A stretch of DNA of 64,000 bases from Leucoraja ocellata (Eukaryota): contig JAWMAR010000082.1 of the NCBI GenBank assembly GCA_036785375.1, forward strand, positions 6,138,001 to 6,202,000, in the 5' to 3' direction. A program made the position numbers and the translations under genes. Every line of letters starts with the position of its first letter. The first letter of the stretch is position 1. Shown here piece by piece: positions 13,386 to 26,400 of this stretch. The notes under the pieces are model-generated. The model was not told the DNA's origin. It saw nothing but the letters and a program-made list of their open reading frames with translations, and ran no database searches.

Positions 13386-14291
13386 GTGGTACCCGGATGG
13401 GACGACGAAGGACGAGAAGTCGAAGCCAAGATACCGAAAGTACATCATGCCGAAAGGACACGGACCCAAACGGACACCACGCCACAAAGACAAGACACAG
13501 AACGGACATGACGTCGAAAATCCACCGAACGGACATGACATCTCCGGAGACAGAATTGGTCTGACACCTTGTCAGTCAAAGGTCAGCAATTGGTCCAGAC
13601 CCCCGCGTCCATCACATCATTAGCCAGGGGGGAGACGGGAGGGTGGGGGTGGGGGGGGGGTTGGGGGGACTGGGGTAGTTTGAGCTTGCGTTTGTAAAAT
13701 GGTGGTAGTGACTCCAAGGTTCTGCATTTGACACAGAGGCTTTTCAACGTTTCTGTCAGATTTTAAGCTGAAAAACAATCTGATGCCGAACTCACACGTA
13801 GCCAAAATGATAAATAGGTATGAAACACTTTAAAATATCTATATTTGCTGCAAGAATTGTTGTACCTTGTTACATTTTGAAATAGTTAAATTGTTGTACC
13901 TTGTACGTCTCCAGGGACGGGATTGGTCTGACACCTTGTCAGTCATCGACAAAGGTCAGCGATTGGTCCAGGTCCCAGCGTCCATCACATCACTGCCTCT
14001 GTGGCAATTGCAGCAGCTTGGAGTCACTGCCACCATTTTACAAATGCAAGCTCAAGTCCCCCCCCCCCCCCCCCCACCCTCCTGTCTCCCCTCAGCCAGT
14101 GATGTGATGGACGCGGGAGTCTGGACCAATCGCTGACAAGGTCTAGGACAAATCCCTTCCCAGGAGACGTCATGTCCGTTCTGCGTCCTGTCCATTAGGG
14201 TTTGTATCCTGTCGGCGCCATGTCCATTCATGTATCCTGGCTTCCACTTCATGGCTTCGGCTTCTAGTCCTTCGACGTCCCGTCCGCACAC
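13386..14291. mobile_element. Foldback-type non-autonomous DNA transposon with long imperfect TIRs (Mutator-like?)
   Basis: The left arm atgggacgacgaaggacgagaagtcgaagcc...gcgtccatcacatca is the inverted copy of the right arm tgatgtgatggacgc...ggcttcggcttctagtccttcgacgtcccgt. The sequence atccagt is duplicated at 13379-13385 and 14293-14299. Confidence 0.8.
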
Positions 14292-17200
14292 AATCCAGTA
14301 CATCCATGGACATATTCCCTGTTTAAGCTATCACAGATATGCCATGGAATTATTTCATTGTACCTTTAAGACACAAGGCCTATTGCTTCTAAAATAGATC
14401 TACAATGATCGATGTTCGTACCCTAAAACTGGGGAAGACAATGCCAGTCTCATCCAACTTTCCTCTCTCAAAATTCCCTCCACCCAATCTTTGGTTAAAA
14501 ATGAGAATACTAAACATAGTTTAAGTTGATATTATTGTCTTATAAATGCAAGGTAATGTGAGTATTTGGAAAACTGAAGTTACCAACCGGATATCAATAA
14601 GTTACGCAGCAGTCTGTCTGAAATCAGGCTCGATACAGTGAATGGATTTGAAATCAGGTGTCCAATGATTCAGATCAAACCTTTATTACTCTGTTTGATC
14701 AGCTCTTTAATGCAGGTAGTGTGAGACAATGGCTGTAACACTTCCGAGGTCATTATGCTTAGTGTGGTCCATTGTGTTTATGTGTATTGAACGGTTCCAT
14801 TGCAAATTTTCGATGAGAAAATTAGGGCATGAAATAGCATCACTTCATGGGTAAATTAGCTATCTAGTAAAGCTTAGACCAACAACATGACCAGCTTTTG
14901 ACAAGTAGTTTCAGTACACAGTCACTCAATACTCAAGACCCTGACTTGAACTTGGTACGGTAATGGTCATTAAATAGGCCGCAATTCTTGTAATGAAAAC
15001 ATAAATATCTTAAAATTTTACACAAAAGGATTTGCAACATCCTGCGAATGACTGCTGAAAGCAAGTTGCATGATAGCACATTTGGGGTATTTATTTTAAA
15101 CAGTTTTGATAAGGTAAACGTGTAGCATTTGTACATTTAAATGCAAAGTGCTGAGTCTACAGGCATCAAAAATAACATGACCATTAAAACATGCACATAT
15201 TTCAGCTGATCATTCAAAAATTTAATTAGATAAAATTACAGAGGAAAGTGAGTATGAAATACTCTAATGCATCTGTAAAATCACATAGCATGCAACGAGA
15301 CTGAGGAAAAAGAATGAGATGCTTATTCTCGCGGTAAATTCACAAATTAAATATTTTGAGTAATCTTGTTGGAAGGCTGAAGTATTTCTGTCCTTACACA
15401 AGATTGTCATTGCTGACATTATTGCAACAATGTTTTACACTAGATTTACATTTAAAAACTAAAGGAAAGCTAAACCAAACGGGTGTGAGGTTTGTACTGG
15501 AAGGCAAGTGTTTGACACCTTAGTGTACATTGGATACTACAAGCAGACTTTGTCCTAAAATACTTTATTTATAAGCAAATTTATATAGTGAGTATATGGT
15601 TTTTAAGATTTCCCCTATTATAAGCAATGACTGAAGGGTGATTGTACAAATGTCCTGCAACATTCAATCATTCCTTCATTTTAATGTCTTTATTTTATGA
15701 TTTTATTGATGAAATACTACTTACCCTGTGCTCAGAATTCCTTTTAGGCTTCAGGCTGAGGCTAGCTTGACATGGGTAGTCATATATTATAGCTATATAT
15801 TTTAACTCACCACAGGCCAATCAGGTTAGACCAGACAGTAGCCAAGAAGGTTTTCAAAACTGCTGGTTATAATTTACTTGTATTTATTTATTTAGGCAGT
15901 TCTTGTCTCTGTCTTTTTATTCCCTATTCTTATCAATCAATTAATGTCCAAAAACATGATGCACATTCAACGTCATGCTGTGCCACAAATGTATCAAATC
16001 AAACCAATCTTGGTAACCAAAGTCACGTTAGGGAGAATCATTCACAAATAAGGATAGAGGCAATACCAATTTTTATGCCAACACAGATTTATGGGGAAAG
16101 AGCTATTGAGACCACTCAGTTCCTTTCTTTGTTTTGTTCGACTACAGGAAGAACCTATGTGGGTTGTAAAGCCTGTATTCAATAAATCTCTGGTAAGCCT
16201 ATAAATATTACTTTTCCCTGCATTTACGTATTGGGAAAAAAACAATTTTCTAATCATATCGGATGGTTTTGCTAAGAACTCATTTCCTTTGCCATACGCA
16301 GAGCCTGACAATTATTAAATACTCATTTTTAGATTAAATGCAAATACATTGTATTACGAACTGGTTTTCAAGGTAAAACAATATACAGATATTGTAATAA
16401 GGTCAAGAGACCAGAGATATACAGAGAATGAGTACAGGCAACTGAAATAGTAACATGTCAGTGCACGACTATTGATTACACTTCGACATGGAGTTAAAGG
16501 AGCTGTATTGTCTCGATAAAGAAGTTTGGAAAATGAAAAACCTATCAGTTAGATGGGGAATAATCTCTAGGGTGGCTGTCATGGATTCTGAACAACTTTC
16601 TTTGTGGATGATTTCAAATTTAAGAAGAATACGTCTATGTTAGAGATTGTTTGTGACGTGATTGTTGAAATTATGGTGGATTGCATGGCTGGTGTCCACC
16701 TGCGCTAGGGTAGATATATTTATAAGACAATACAATCCTTTGATCTGTCTGCAGCCTCATAGCAACAGACTGATGCCTACCTCCAAGTATGTTTGTTTTT
16801 TTAAACAGATTTCCCATTCAGCGCCAGCAAAAAGTTTGCATATGTAGATGTGAGGAAAGATGCAGGTCATGTCAGCAAAATATATTTTGACTTATTAAGA
16901 CCACACCAAACTAGCAAGATGGACTGAAAGGAGCACTAACAAAGCCTGTGCTATCCTGGCTAAGCACAGCAACAAAATGGACCCCCCATATGAGCAAAGA
17001 GCTTGTCTACTCCATCATCAGGAATTGTTCTCCAGAGTCAGTACTATATGAAACATTTTTTAAACATGTGCCATATGTGGCTAAGAAGAGCCTAATTTGT
17101 CCACTTTGCAGATCCTATGTATTTTAAAAGGCAAGCTAATTCAAAGTAATTTTTCTGCAGGTGAAGCCATCTTCAATGCATCACCCTTAGTTCTGTGAGT

Positions 17201-19385
17201 AATTAGAAATTGTCATCTAAGATAAATGTCACAGTTCATGTAAATAACTATTTACCTAAAGGAAATGTGAATCCACAAGAGTCAGCATACTTTAATGAGG
17301 CATGACAATGGAGAAAACAATGGTACAGTGCATCTGCTGAAGCTGACAAAGCTTATGGTGAAAACTGGGCGAAACAACCATTATTTGTTTTTACTTTTCA
17401 GAAATAATGTAGTCTGGAAATTTCCAACAAGCATTGTGCGGTCAGACCATTTGTTACAACTAACTGCCTAATTGTTCTCCTGGCAGAAATAAAAAATTAG
17501 AGCACTTATGTCATTTGCCTAAATTTCTAATTAATGCAACAGTATCAGTAAAACTGGAGCAGGGGAAAAAAAAAGTGTTGGGTGAAAAATGCCTTGGCGA
17601 ATGTTCACATAATTTGTCTTTGTTAACTTTCTACCATCTTTTTTTCCACTTAAACAGCAGGTGTTCTAATCACTGTAAGTGTTCTATATTTCAGAAGAAA
17701 AAGGTACCGTATATCACCGGGTCTCGTGCCATAGAAGCAAGCCTTCTGCCGCTTGCCTGATAAAAGTCCCCCAACCCAGCTTTGCTAAGTTCAAACACGG
17801 AAGGTTACTGAAATTTCAAACTGTAGGGAAAATATCTTCATACCGGGGAGCAGTTTACAGCAAACAGCCTGCAATATGAAAATGTATTTAATGCAATTAA
17901 TAATTTAAGATCTGAGAGCATGTGCTCTTGCAGAGTTAAATGCTTGTCAGAGTGATAGATGCATGCTTCACCACCAATACATTTCGTCTGAAGAGCAGAG
18001 GGATTTTGCAAACTTGTGCTGACCTTGGGCTTCAGTACATAAGAGGCATATTGCAAGGCAGCCCCATTCCTATTAGAGCTGTGCAGCAGCTCTCAATTTA
18101 CTGCCCTTATACCAATTAAAATGCTGTAAAAACATTAAAATTAATGCAGTCTTAACTCCTGTAGCAGGCCTACTTTCCCTCTTTCTTAATTAGTGCATAA
18201 TTATTCAAATTTTGATATCCTGGAAAATTATCACATGGAAATTATTTTAGGAGCTGTAACAATAGCAAAAAATCCTTTCCCCCAAACTCTATTAACATGT
18301 GGAAGTAATTAACAGTTAATTACAGTGGAAATACTATTACTGTTAATGTTTAATGACTTTGCCCATTGCCGGGTAAGCAAGAAATTCAGGAGCCCGTAAC
18401 AGCACTGTCCTACTGTGGAATGCACTGCAAACGACTTGAAAAGATTAGGCAGCGGCTCCAGTCAGATAATTCGCACTCGAAGCAATTACGACGCTGTGGC
18501 TACATAAGAGTTTAAAGGTCAATGCTCAGGAAATATCAATGCATGTAAACTAGACTAACATATTCCATTCAGTGGTGAAACAAAAATGAAAAAAAATGGC
18601 TTTACTTTGTCTTAATTAACTCACTGCGCAGCTCGCCGACCAACAAAATCTGGACAAGTTCACAGCAAACACTACTCTGTAGTTTACCTTAAAATTCTAC
18701 AGTGAGGTGTTTACTCATCCTGACATCCCAAGACAATCATTAAAATACTTTGTGCGAAAATGTCAAATCGAGTGTCTCCATACCTTAAAATCAACTCTTG
18801 TTTTATAACTGGCAAGATTCCTTGAAACAAAACAAAAGTGATATTTGTGAAAAGGAATATATACATATACATACAAACCTGGTTCTACAGGTAAGCTACA
18901 GTCAGCAATATAAGGAAAGCTTGCAGCTGATAAAGTTTCAACTGCAGAATTAAGAAATCTAAATAAAATATAGTTTCACTTAATAATTCACTCAACACAT
19001 TTTTTAAAATTCACTTTTGATTTCCCAGAGCAGAAACCAGATGAGAAAGATACACATATGAATGTTTTACAAATCATCCCACATCTCTGCATTGAAAAGC
19101 AATCTTAAACATTCTCATGCAGAGGACAAAATTAGTGTGCAGATGTGAGAGGGGGGGAATGGAGCTTATTGCACCAAGCTGATTCATTTCTCAGTGATGT
19201 GACTTGGGCTGCGTTACGAGGAAGTTGCTTCAGATTAAATTAGATGATCTGACTCCACTTTAGTGGGCTTGAGCTCAAAACGCCAGATTTGACACTGAAC
19301 CAGATTGGCCTGTGTTTGTGAGTCTCGTTGGTTCTTGGCTGGGCCGCAGATTGAATTGCTCTGTCGTTTACAGGAGTGGAGTGGA

Positions 19386-19410
19386 GGGGGGGGGGGGGGG
19401 GGGGGGGGGG
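19386..19410 (+). repeat. Poly-G tract (G25)
   Basis: Direct read; a second tract of G24 lies at 28997-29020. Confidence 0.9.
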
Positions 19411-20550
19411 TGCTATGCTAGTCTTGGGTAGTGAGGAAGAGAAGGAATCAGTCTTTCGTCACTTTGCACAGTGAGCCCTTATTCCCCTGTAAAAGAAAAG
19501 GCAGCACTCCTGTCCAGAAACTAGCAGTGATATTCCAGCTAATGTAGTTGAAACAAAGAGCCTAAACTACGAACAACTTTTCAAAAAGCCTGTTGTGAGG
19601 TGGTGAGGTTATCATCATTTATAGCTTGGGCAGGTAAATGGTGCAGAGGCTAAAGATCAGGCCAGCCATGATGTTATTGGACAGAGGACCAGGCTTGATG
19701 GGCCATTTGGCTCCTACCATCACTGTTTTTTGTATTCATATGACTGAAAAAAGGAATACCTGACTAATTGGTTTAGTTATTAAGACAGTTGAAGGCAATT
19801 CAACTGGTTTCTTCTAGTGAGTGAAAGGAGTCTTGAAATATACATGATCAAAGACTCAAACACCCACACAATCTTTAGGAGGTGGTAAAATATTATTAGC
19901 CAGGGCTATTTCTCAGGTTGAAATGTTAATTAGCATGCAGAACAGCAGTGGAGATACATAGCTATACCCAGTGATCTTGCTACTAATCCAACCCTTCCAA
20001 TATTGTGGAGAGGAGATGATTTTCACTGCACAGTATGGCGGAAACAATGGCAAAGATTTTCCAAGACTTTGAATGATTCTCACAGGCATCAAACCAGGAA
20101 GCAAAAAGTACAACTTCTAAAAAACATCTTAAAGATTTTCTGGATTGTGAAATTTAAAAAAAATAGCACGTGCAATCAGACTGCAGCTAATGCATCATAT
20201 AGGTTTAAGAGAAAAACAAAAACATATTTTAAAGACAATTCTAATATTTAAATCATGGAATGACAATTCAAGCGTCTAACATATGTTAAAGCCGGCAAGA
20301 TAGCTAAATATCAGAATTCCATTAAAAATTCACTTACATTTCATGCAACGCAGCATAATATTTTTTCAGGGTATTTTACAGGAGGAAAAGTTCATAAATA
20401 ACTGGAGCTCATGCCAATTCACTGATTCAGCTGAAGGAGCCTGCAAAACAGTGGAGCACATGGACAACCTCGGAATTACTGACAGCGACTTCTGGATATC
20501 CGTGTTTAGCTGTGCATGTGCGGACTTCAGACGTTGCTGTCAATTTCACG

Positions 20551-20590
20551 TGTAATGATGGCGAATGCTGCCAGTTTCGCCATCATTACA
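20551..20590. other. Perfect 15-bp inverted repeat (hairpin)
   Basis: tgtaatgatggcgaa / 10-nt loop tgctgccagt / ttcgccatcattaca. Confidence 0.9.
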
Positions 20591-21785
20591 ACTGCGAAAT
20601 CCAGGCTATTATTTGTTGACTGAGAATGGGAACAGCAAGCAATGCTGTGACAGCAAAGTGTGAGAAACAAAGGCTATGATTTCTTAAGTAGCGCATCAGG
20701 AATAATTAGTTTCTTTGTGAGACATGCTTGCATAGTTCTGCTGGATGAACTGTACCTGCCTCTGCATGCAAAAAAAAAGCAAGAAAGTGACAATTCTGAA
20801 AAGATAGGTATAAATGCAACCTGTAAGGATTTACTGTTTGTCTATGATTAATATAGCTTTGATAATTGAGTTGGTGTTTTCAATATTGTATTTAAGTAAT
20901 TTGATCATATGCATATATTTTATATAACTAATACTACTCTAAATATGCAGAAGGAGGCCTCCAAAGTTGGCAAAAAATGGCCCTTCCTGGATAATAATTT
21001 ACCGTGACAAATTGATCCTCAGAGATTTTAAATACAGTCCTATCCATTACTCTTCAGGGTTCTAATTTATTCTCAATTACAACCTTTAATGCAATATCTA
21101 CAATTCCTGATGAATATACTTGAATTTTATTAGTATGGACGATGTAAGGGTCTTTCCCTTCCAAAAATCAACTTATTTATATTTTAAACTATCTTTGTTG
21201 GTTTATTACCCTTATTATGCATATTGCCTAAGTACATAATCTTTTTTTTTTAATTTACAAGACCTGAATTAATAACCTCCCACCTCTAACACGCACAGGC
21301 TATTGTATATTAAAAAAAAATTCTCCCCTTCCACGATGGACATTTCTGTTGCTAGGAGTGACATTTTTGCCGAGATACCTTGTGTAATACACTGCACATT
21401 AAATTTCTGCTAATGAGCACCTAACCGGCACACATCAGACCACAATTTCTTGGCACGTGGCATCTCAGGATCTGTCCAGTTAGTGGAGTTGCTCTTATTT
21501 CTTTGCTTTGTTAAATTCTTGGGAGCGTCGGCTGGCAACTGGGGTAAGAGGACACCTGGAGCTTTGATAAGTGAAAGGAAAACTTGCTTATCCGCTGATT
21601 CCACAAATGTAAAGGACTAAGAATAAACAGAACTACGATGGAACATTGATTCCAATGGATGAAGTCAATACCCAATTGGATCTGGAAAGAGAAAGAAGGA
21701 GAGGGAATAAAGATTAAAAAGAGGTGAAGGGGGAAAAATGGAAGAGGAGAAATGTGTGACATTTCACAATCTCCAACAACACTAC

Positions 21786-22091
21786 GGCACGGCGGTGCAG
21801 CAGTAGAATTGCTGCTTTACAGTGCTGGCAACGCCTGAGACCCGGGTTCGATCCTGACTATGGGTGCTGTCTGTACTAAGTTCTCCCAGTGACCGCGTGG
21901 GTTTTCTCCACGATCTGCAGTTTCCGCCCGCACTCCAAAGATGTATACATTTGTTGGTAAATTGGCTTGGTAAATGTAAAAACTGTTCCTAGTGTGTGTA
22001 GGATAGTGTTAATATGCGCAGATCGCTGGTCGGCGCGGTCCCGGTGGGCAGAAGGGCCTGTTTCCGCACTGTATCTCTAAACTAAACTAAC
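21786..22091 (+). mobile_element. Full-length HE1/V-SINE
   Basis: ggcacggcggtgcagcagtagaattgctgc...ccgggttcgatcctgact...gggcctgtttccgcactgtatctctaaactaaactaa. Confidence 0.9.
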
Positions 22092-22256
22092 ACTACCTGA
22101 AGGAGTGATAGTCTATACTTTTAATAGTTCATTTTCTGAGCCTGAGAGGCGGATAATTAGTTTTTCAATCAATATTATAACACTAAAAGGGTGATTATTC
22201 TAACTGCGAGGGATATCTTCCTGTTGCGCTCTGTCAAATGTAGGTAATGGATCTGG

Positions 22257-22430
22257 CGACACAAGAGACTGCAGATGCTTGAATCCTGAGCAAAATACAA
22301 ACTGATGGAGGAACTCAGCGGGTCAGGCAGCATTCGTGGAGGGAAATGAACAGACGACCTTTTGGATCAGGAGCCTTGCGCAAATTGATGGAGTAGAGGA
22401 GAGAAAGCTGGTGAAGGAGAGAATGGTGGA
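22257..22430 (-). mobile_element. Degenerate Penelope 3' fragment
   Basis: cacaagagactgcagatgct...gaactcagcgggtcaggcagcat, followed by a purine-rich 3' UTR segment. Confidence 0.6.
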
Positions 22431-22564
22431 AATTATAACAATTGATAATTGGAATAGCAAAACTGGACTGATATCTGATAAGAAAGAAAGATGAGTCGTG
22501 AAATGTAGAAGGGGAATGGTAGGTGAAAAGGAGGGGGAGGGGAGGATTGGCAGAAGATACCAAC

Positions 22565-22870
22565 GTTTGATTCAACCACATGACCAGATTCAAGAACAAA
22601 ATATTCCCTGCTGTGGTCAGACTTCTGAATGGGTTTCTCAAATGCTCAGGAAGTATAGCCAATCTTCCAATCTACCACTTGCTACCCTTGCACTTTGTAA
22701 TCTTTTTATTCCATCACTGTAAACATATTTTGGGCAATATTTATTTTTTCTTTTGCACTATATGATGTACTCATATATTGTATAATTTCATTCATGTACA
22801 GTTTGATCTGCACGACAGCAGGCAAAGCAAAGTTTTTCACTGTGCCTTTGATAATAAGAAACCAATCCTA
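22565..22870 (+). mobile_element. Rex1/Babar LINE 3' end
   Basis: Translates TRFKNKIFPAVVRLLN, the Rex1 C-terminal RFKNSFFP motif, then a 3' UTR with aagtttttcactgt and aataa. Confidence 0.75.
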
Positions 22871-23304
22871 ATAACAAAGGTAACTTCCAAGGGAATCGAA
22901 TAAGATCTCTGAAGAGTAACCCCTCTGACTGAAGTATGCTGCAATGTCTTAAATAAGAAGTATAAAGTACAGAATGCACAAAAGGTTGATGGAACATTGA
23001 AAATGTGAAGGGAAGCAATGACAAACATTGGGATAATGGGAGATACAAGTGGTAGATAGTTTAAATCTGAGGTTTAGGTTCATGTTCATGCTCCTCTTCA
23101 GCTGGTGGTTGTCCATTGAGCCACTGATGAATACATTACACAGCAGTGATGGAGAGAATCACTTACTGAAGAGATGCACAACCCAGACCAATGCTTCACA
23201 TCAGTTGTGTGTATTTTAAATATAATTGCATTTAAATAAAATAAGTTGAGGTGATTTTAAATGTTGTTATTGTACATTTAAAATATACTTAGTACTATAA
23301 CAAC

Positions 23305-23447
23305 AGTTTTAAAAACTTTGGGCAGGTACATGGATAGGAAAGGTTTAGAGGGATATGGACCAAAATGGCTGGGTGGAAATAGCGCACATGGGACAATTTG
23401 GTCAGCATGGACATGTTGGGCCAAAGGGACTGTTTTCATGCTGTATG
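23305..23447 (+). mobile_element. CR1 LINE 3' terminal fragment sharing the SINE tail
   Basis: tttgggcaggtacatggataggaaaggtttagagggatatgg...gggccaaagggactgttttcatgctgtatga. Confidence 0.75.
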
Positions 23448-26400
23448 ATATTCTTCTAATTAAAGGCATGTAGAAATTGTCAAATGTTCATTAAAAGCAT
23501 GAGCTTTAACAATAGCCATGACTGCAAGATCTGCATCTCATCTGGACTTGTGAGACTCCAGCAACCAAGGGCATTGTCAATTAGATATCCTTTTCATTTT
23601 CTTTTGTGGGACTCAGTCTCAACACTTGTGAAATTACATTTTCAGAGTTTGGTGAGATGGTAAATGTTAAATTAGCTCTTATTTCATCGTTAGTATCTCC
23701 GTACAATTCAATGTAAACAGTCATAATTTTTCAGCTATCGTTTTCGCAGAAGTTATGGGCATAATCTGAAAGTTCACGATATTACATCTATTTCAGCGCT
23801 GAGTCTATTGCTGAGAACTTTAACAGCATATCTCATTAAGTAGCAGGAAATCTTTGACAGAAGTTATAGCATTTCAAAAGGTAACGCTGGATACTTACAT
23901 GTCAGAAATTGTTCTCATATTTACCCAATCAATGCTGATAACCCATTGCAAAGTTAACAGCAAATTTTTAAGTGGATTTAGACTGCACAATTGTGGTTTT
24001 AGTGGGCAGCGGCAAATCTGAGAGGGAAGTAGAAGTGGCCTCCAATTCACCATTGATGTTTGACACTGTTGCATAAACATGCTAATCTACCTCTTTAAGT
24101 ACAATGTCCTCAACATTTATTTCAGCAGGAGGAACAACATCTTCCCTATTTCAAAGAGGGGGACAAAAAGTATTTTAAATGCACAGAGACAAATTCTGTA
24201 ACTATTGCTGATCACCTCCCCCTTATTGTTTCTCTGTGATAGCATCAATAATTCATGCCATTAAAGCATCTAGATATTAAGCTTTCAATAGTTTAATTAG
24301 AGTATTGGCTTGGCTTTTAAGAAAACAGAAGGACTTTAGCATGTTCTTGATCAGCAGAACAGTTAACCCACTTACTTGTTACAAATATAATAAATATTTT
24401 ATAATAAATAAAAGTTACAAATATAAATGTGATGATCCAGAACAGATTAGAAATATTTCATTCAAATAACTCTGATGATTTAAATGTATGCACAATGGCA
24501 AGTCTATATTTCTTGTGGATTATTTCCATGTTACCTATTTCTTTCCATTTTAGTAAATACATTTTAAACAAAATAATTATGATTCAATTATTTTGGGGGG
24601 TTTCTAATAGTCCAGTTTAAACTGACCATTTAAAGACTTATGTGATGGTATCCTTTTGCATTTCAAAAGTTTTATTCAATGAATTTGTACCTAAATTCCA
24701 CACAGCTTAATAAAAATAAACTAAATATTCATTTTAATTTACAGAATGTAACCTTTGTGTCAATTGGTATTAGCAAGCATCCCAAAATAACGTTGAACAT
24801 TTAAAATTAATCCATGTAAAAGTTTTAATAACTTAAAAAAAACAGTTAAACTTTTACCTTCAGATATAAATGAATTACTTTGAAAACAATGTAATTTTCC
24901 ATGTTCTAACTAACTGAAAAAATTACACAAGAAATAGAATCCAAGGGCAATAAATATTTTTGCTGTAAGACACTCTTCTTAGAGTATCTTGACTGTAGGG
25001 CCAAATATCTGAATGATGGGTCTCCAGAGCATTATTCTGTATATAAAATTATATTGTCATAATAATGTGGGTTTATTTATGTGCACCCAGAAGTAAGCAA
25101 TTTCCTGTGAAGTCTATAGAGTTTTAGAATTTAAAAAAAAAATCAGTGCAGCTGTCATTATTCAGAGCATATAACTCACTCTGTTGGAGTTGAATGAAGT
25201 GGCAGTATTGCACTCCAAGCTTTACACTTCCTGTTCCATCCCATTTTAAGCATGTAACACTTTGACAGACAGCTGAAGAAATCTGCATAAAGGAAGAGTA
25301 ACTGACAGCCAGGGTCAGGCTCTCTCTGTTTAATGACACTGCCAGTTACACATTTTGAATTGTTTAAATATGAGTCTACAGTTTCAACAATCATCATCTC
25401 ACTGGTTCCACTTTTCATACCCAACAGCCAGGAAACTGACACGTAATTACACACTTACTGATGGTATCGCCAGTGCCGATAATTAAAACTGCCACAAGAG
25501 GATTGCTATTGCTATTCTACAGCTGGGATGTTGTCAAGAGGTGGAAACTCCAGCAGCTTTTAACACTATCTTCTTAAAGTTGGGCCACAGGCACCAATGT
25601 TGAAATAATGGGAAGGCCTCAGCACATCATTCACAATGTCTCACACAAATGAAGAAAATCTATTAACAATCCAATAAGTGAAATACAAACACAATGACCC
25701 GAGGGTTAAACAGCCTGGGTGGACTAGTACTTGTTCCTGCTCCTCAATGTTCATTTTTCTTTTCACATTTGCAGTATATGAAAAGGGTGCTACAAGCTAA
25801 TATAGTGCAATTGATGATACAAATCGCTGGACTTTCCTTGGCAAGAACAGATTCATTTTGACGTTTTACAGCCACCTCTCCTCAGAAAGTCACGACTTCT
25901 TATAATTTATGCACAAGTCAATTACAACTGAGCATGTTGAATTAGGGAAGTACTTATGCAATGACTCAATCAAGATGGGTAATTCTCCCTGAATGCTTGA
26001 AGAATGAGTTTGTATATATGTGACTGACAGCCACAAGGGCCTTGAGTATAGTGTCAACATTTAAATTCCATTTTAAAGTCTAGTTATTTGAAGAGGACAT
26101 CATTTATCTCAACTTAGTAAATGTTTGGTTTGAAGTGGAATTATCCATGAAGTATTTTTACTTTATATTTGTTAAAGGAAAAACATAACACCATTGTTGC
26201 TTATTTCAGACCTATATAAGTTTAGAAACTGATTTAAGAATGAATTATATTAGTTGTAATTTGCCATCTCTGATGAGAGAAAATAATCTTTATTTTAATG
26301 GATTTCAAATGAAACAGGAAATGAGACTGGAATCTGTTCTAACGAATTAATTGGTTTTAATCTTGCAACCTTTATTTAACCCTAGATAACAAAGCGGACC

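Noticed and set aside
19386-19410. Poly-G tracts as functional G-quadruplexes
   Set aside because: Simple homopolymers of unreliable assembled length, with no evidence of function.
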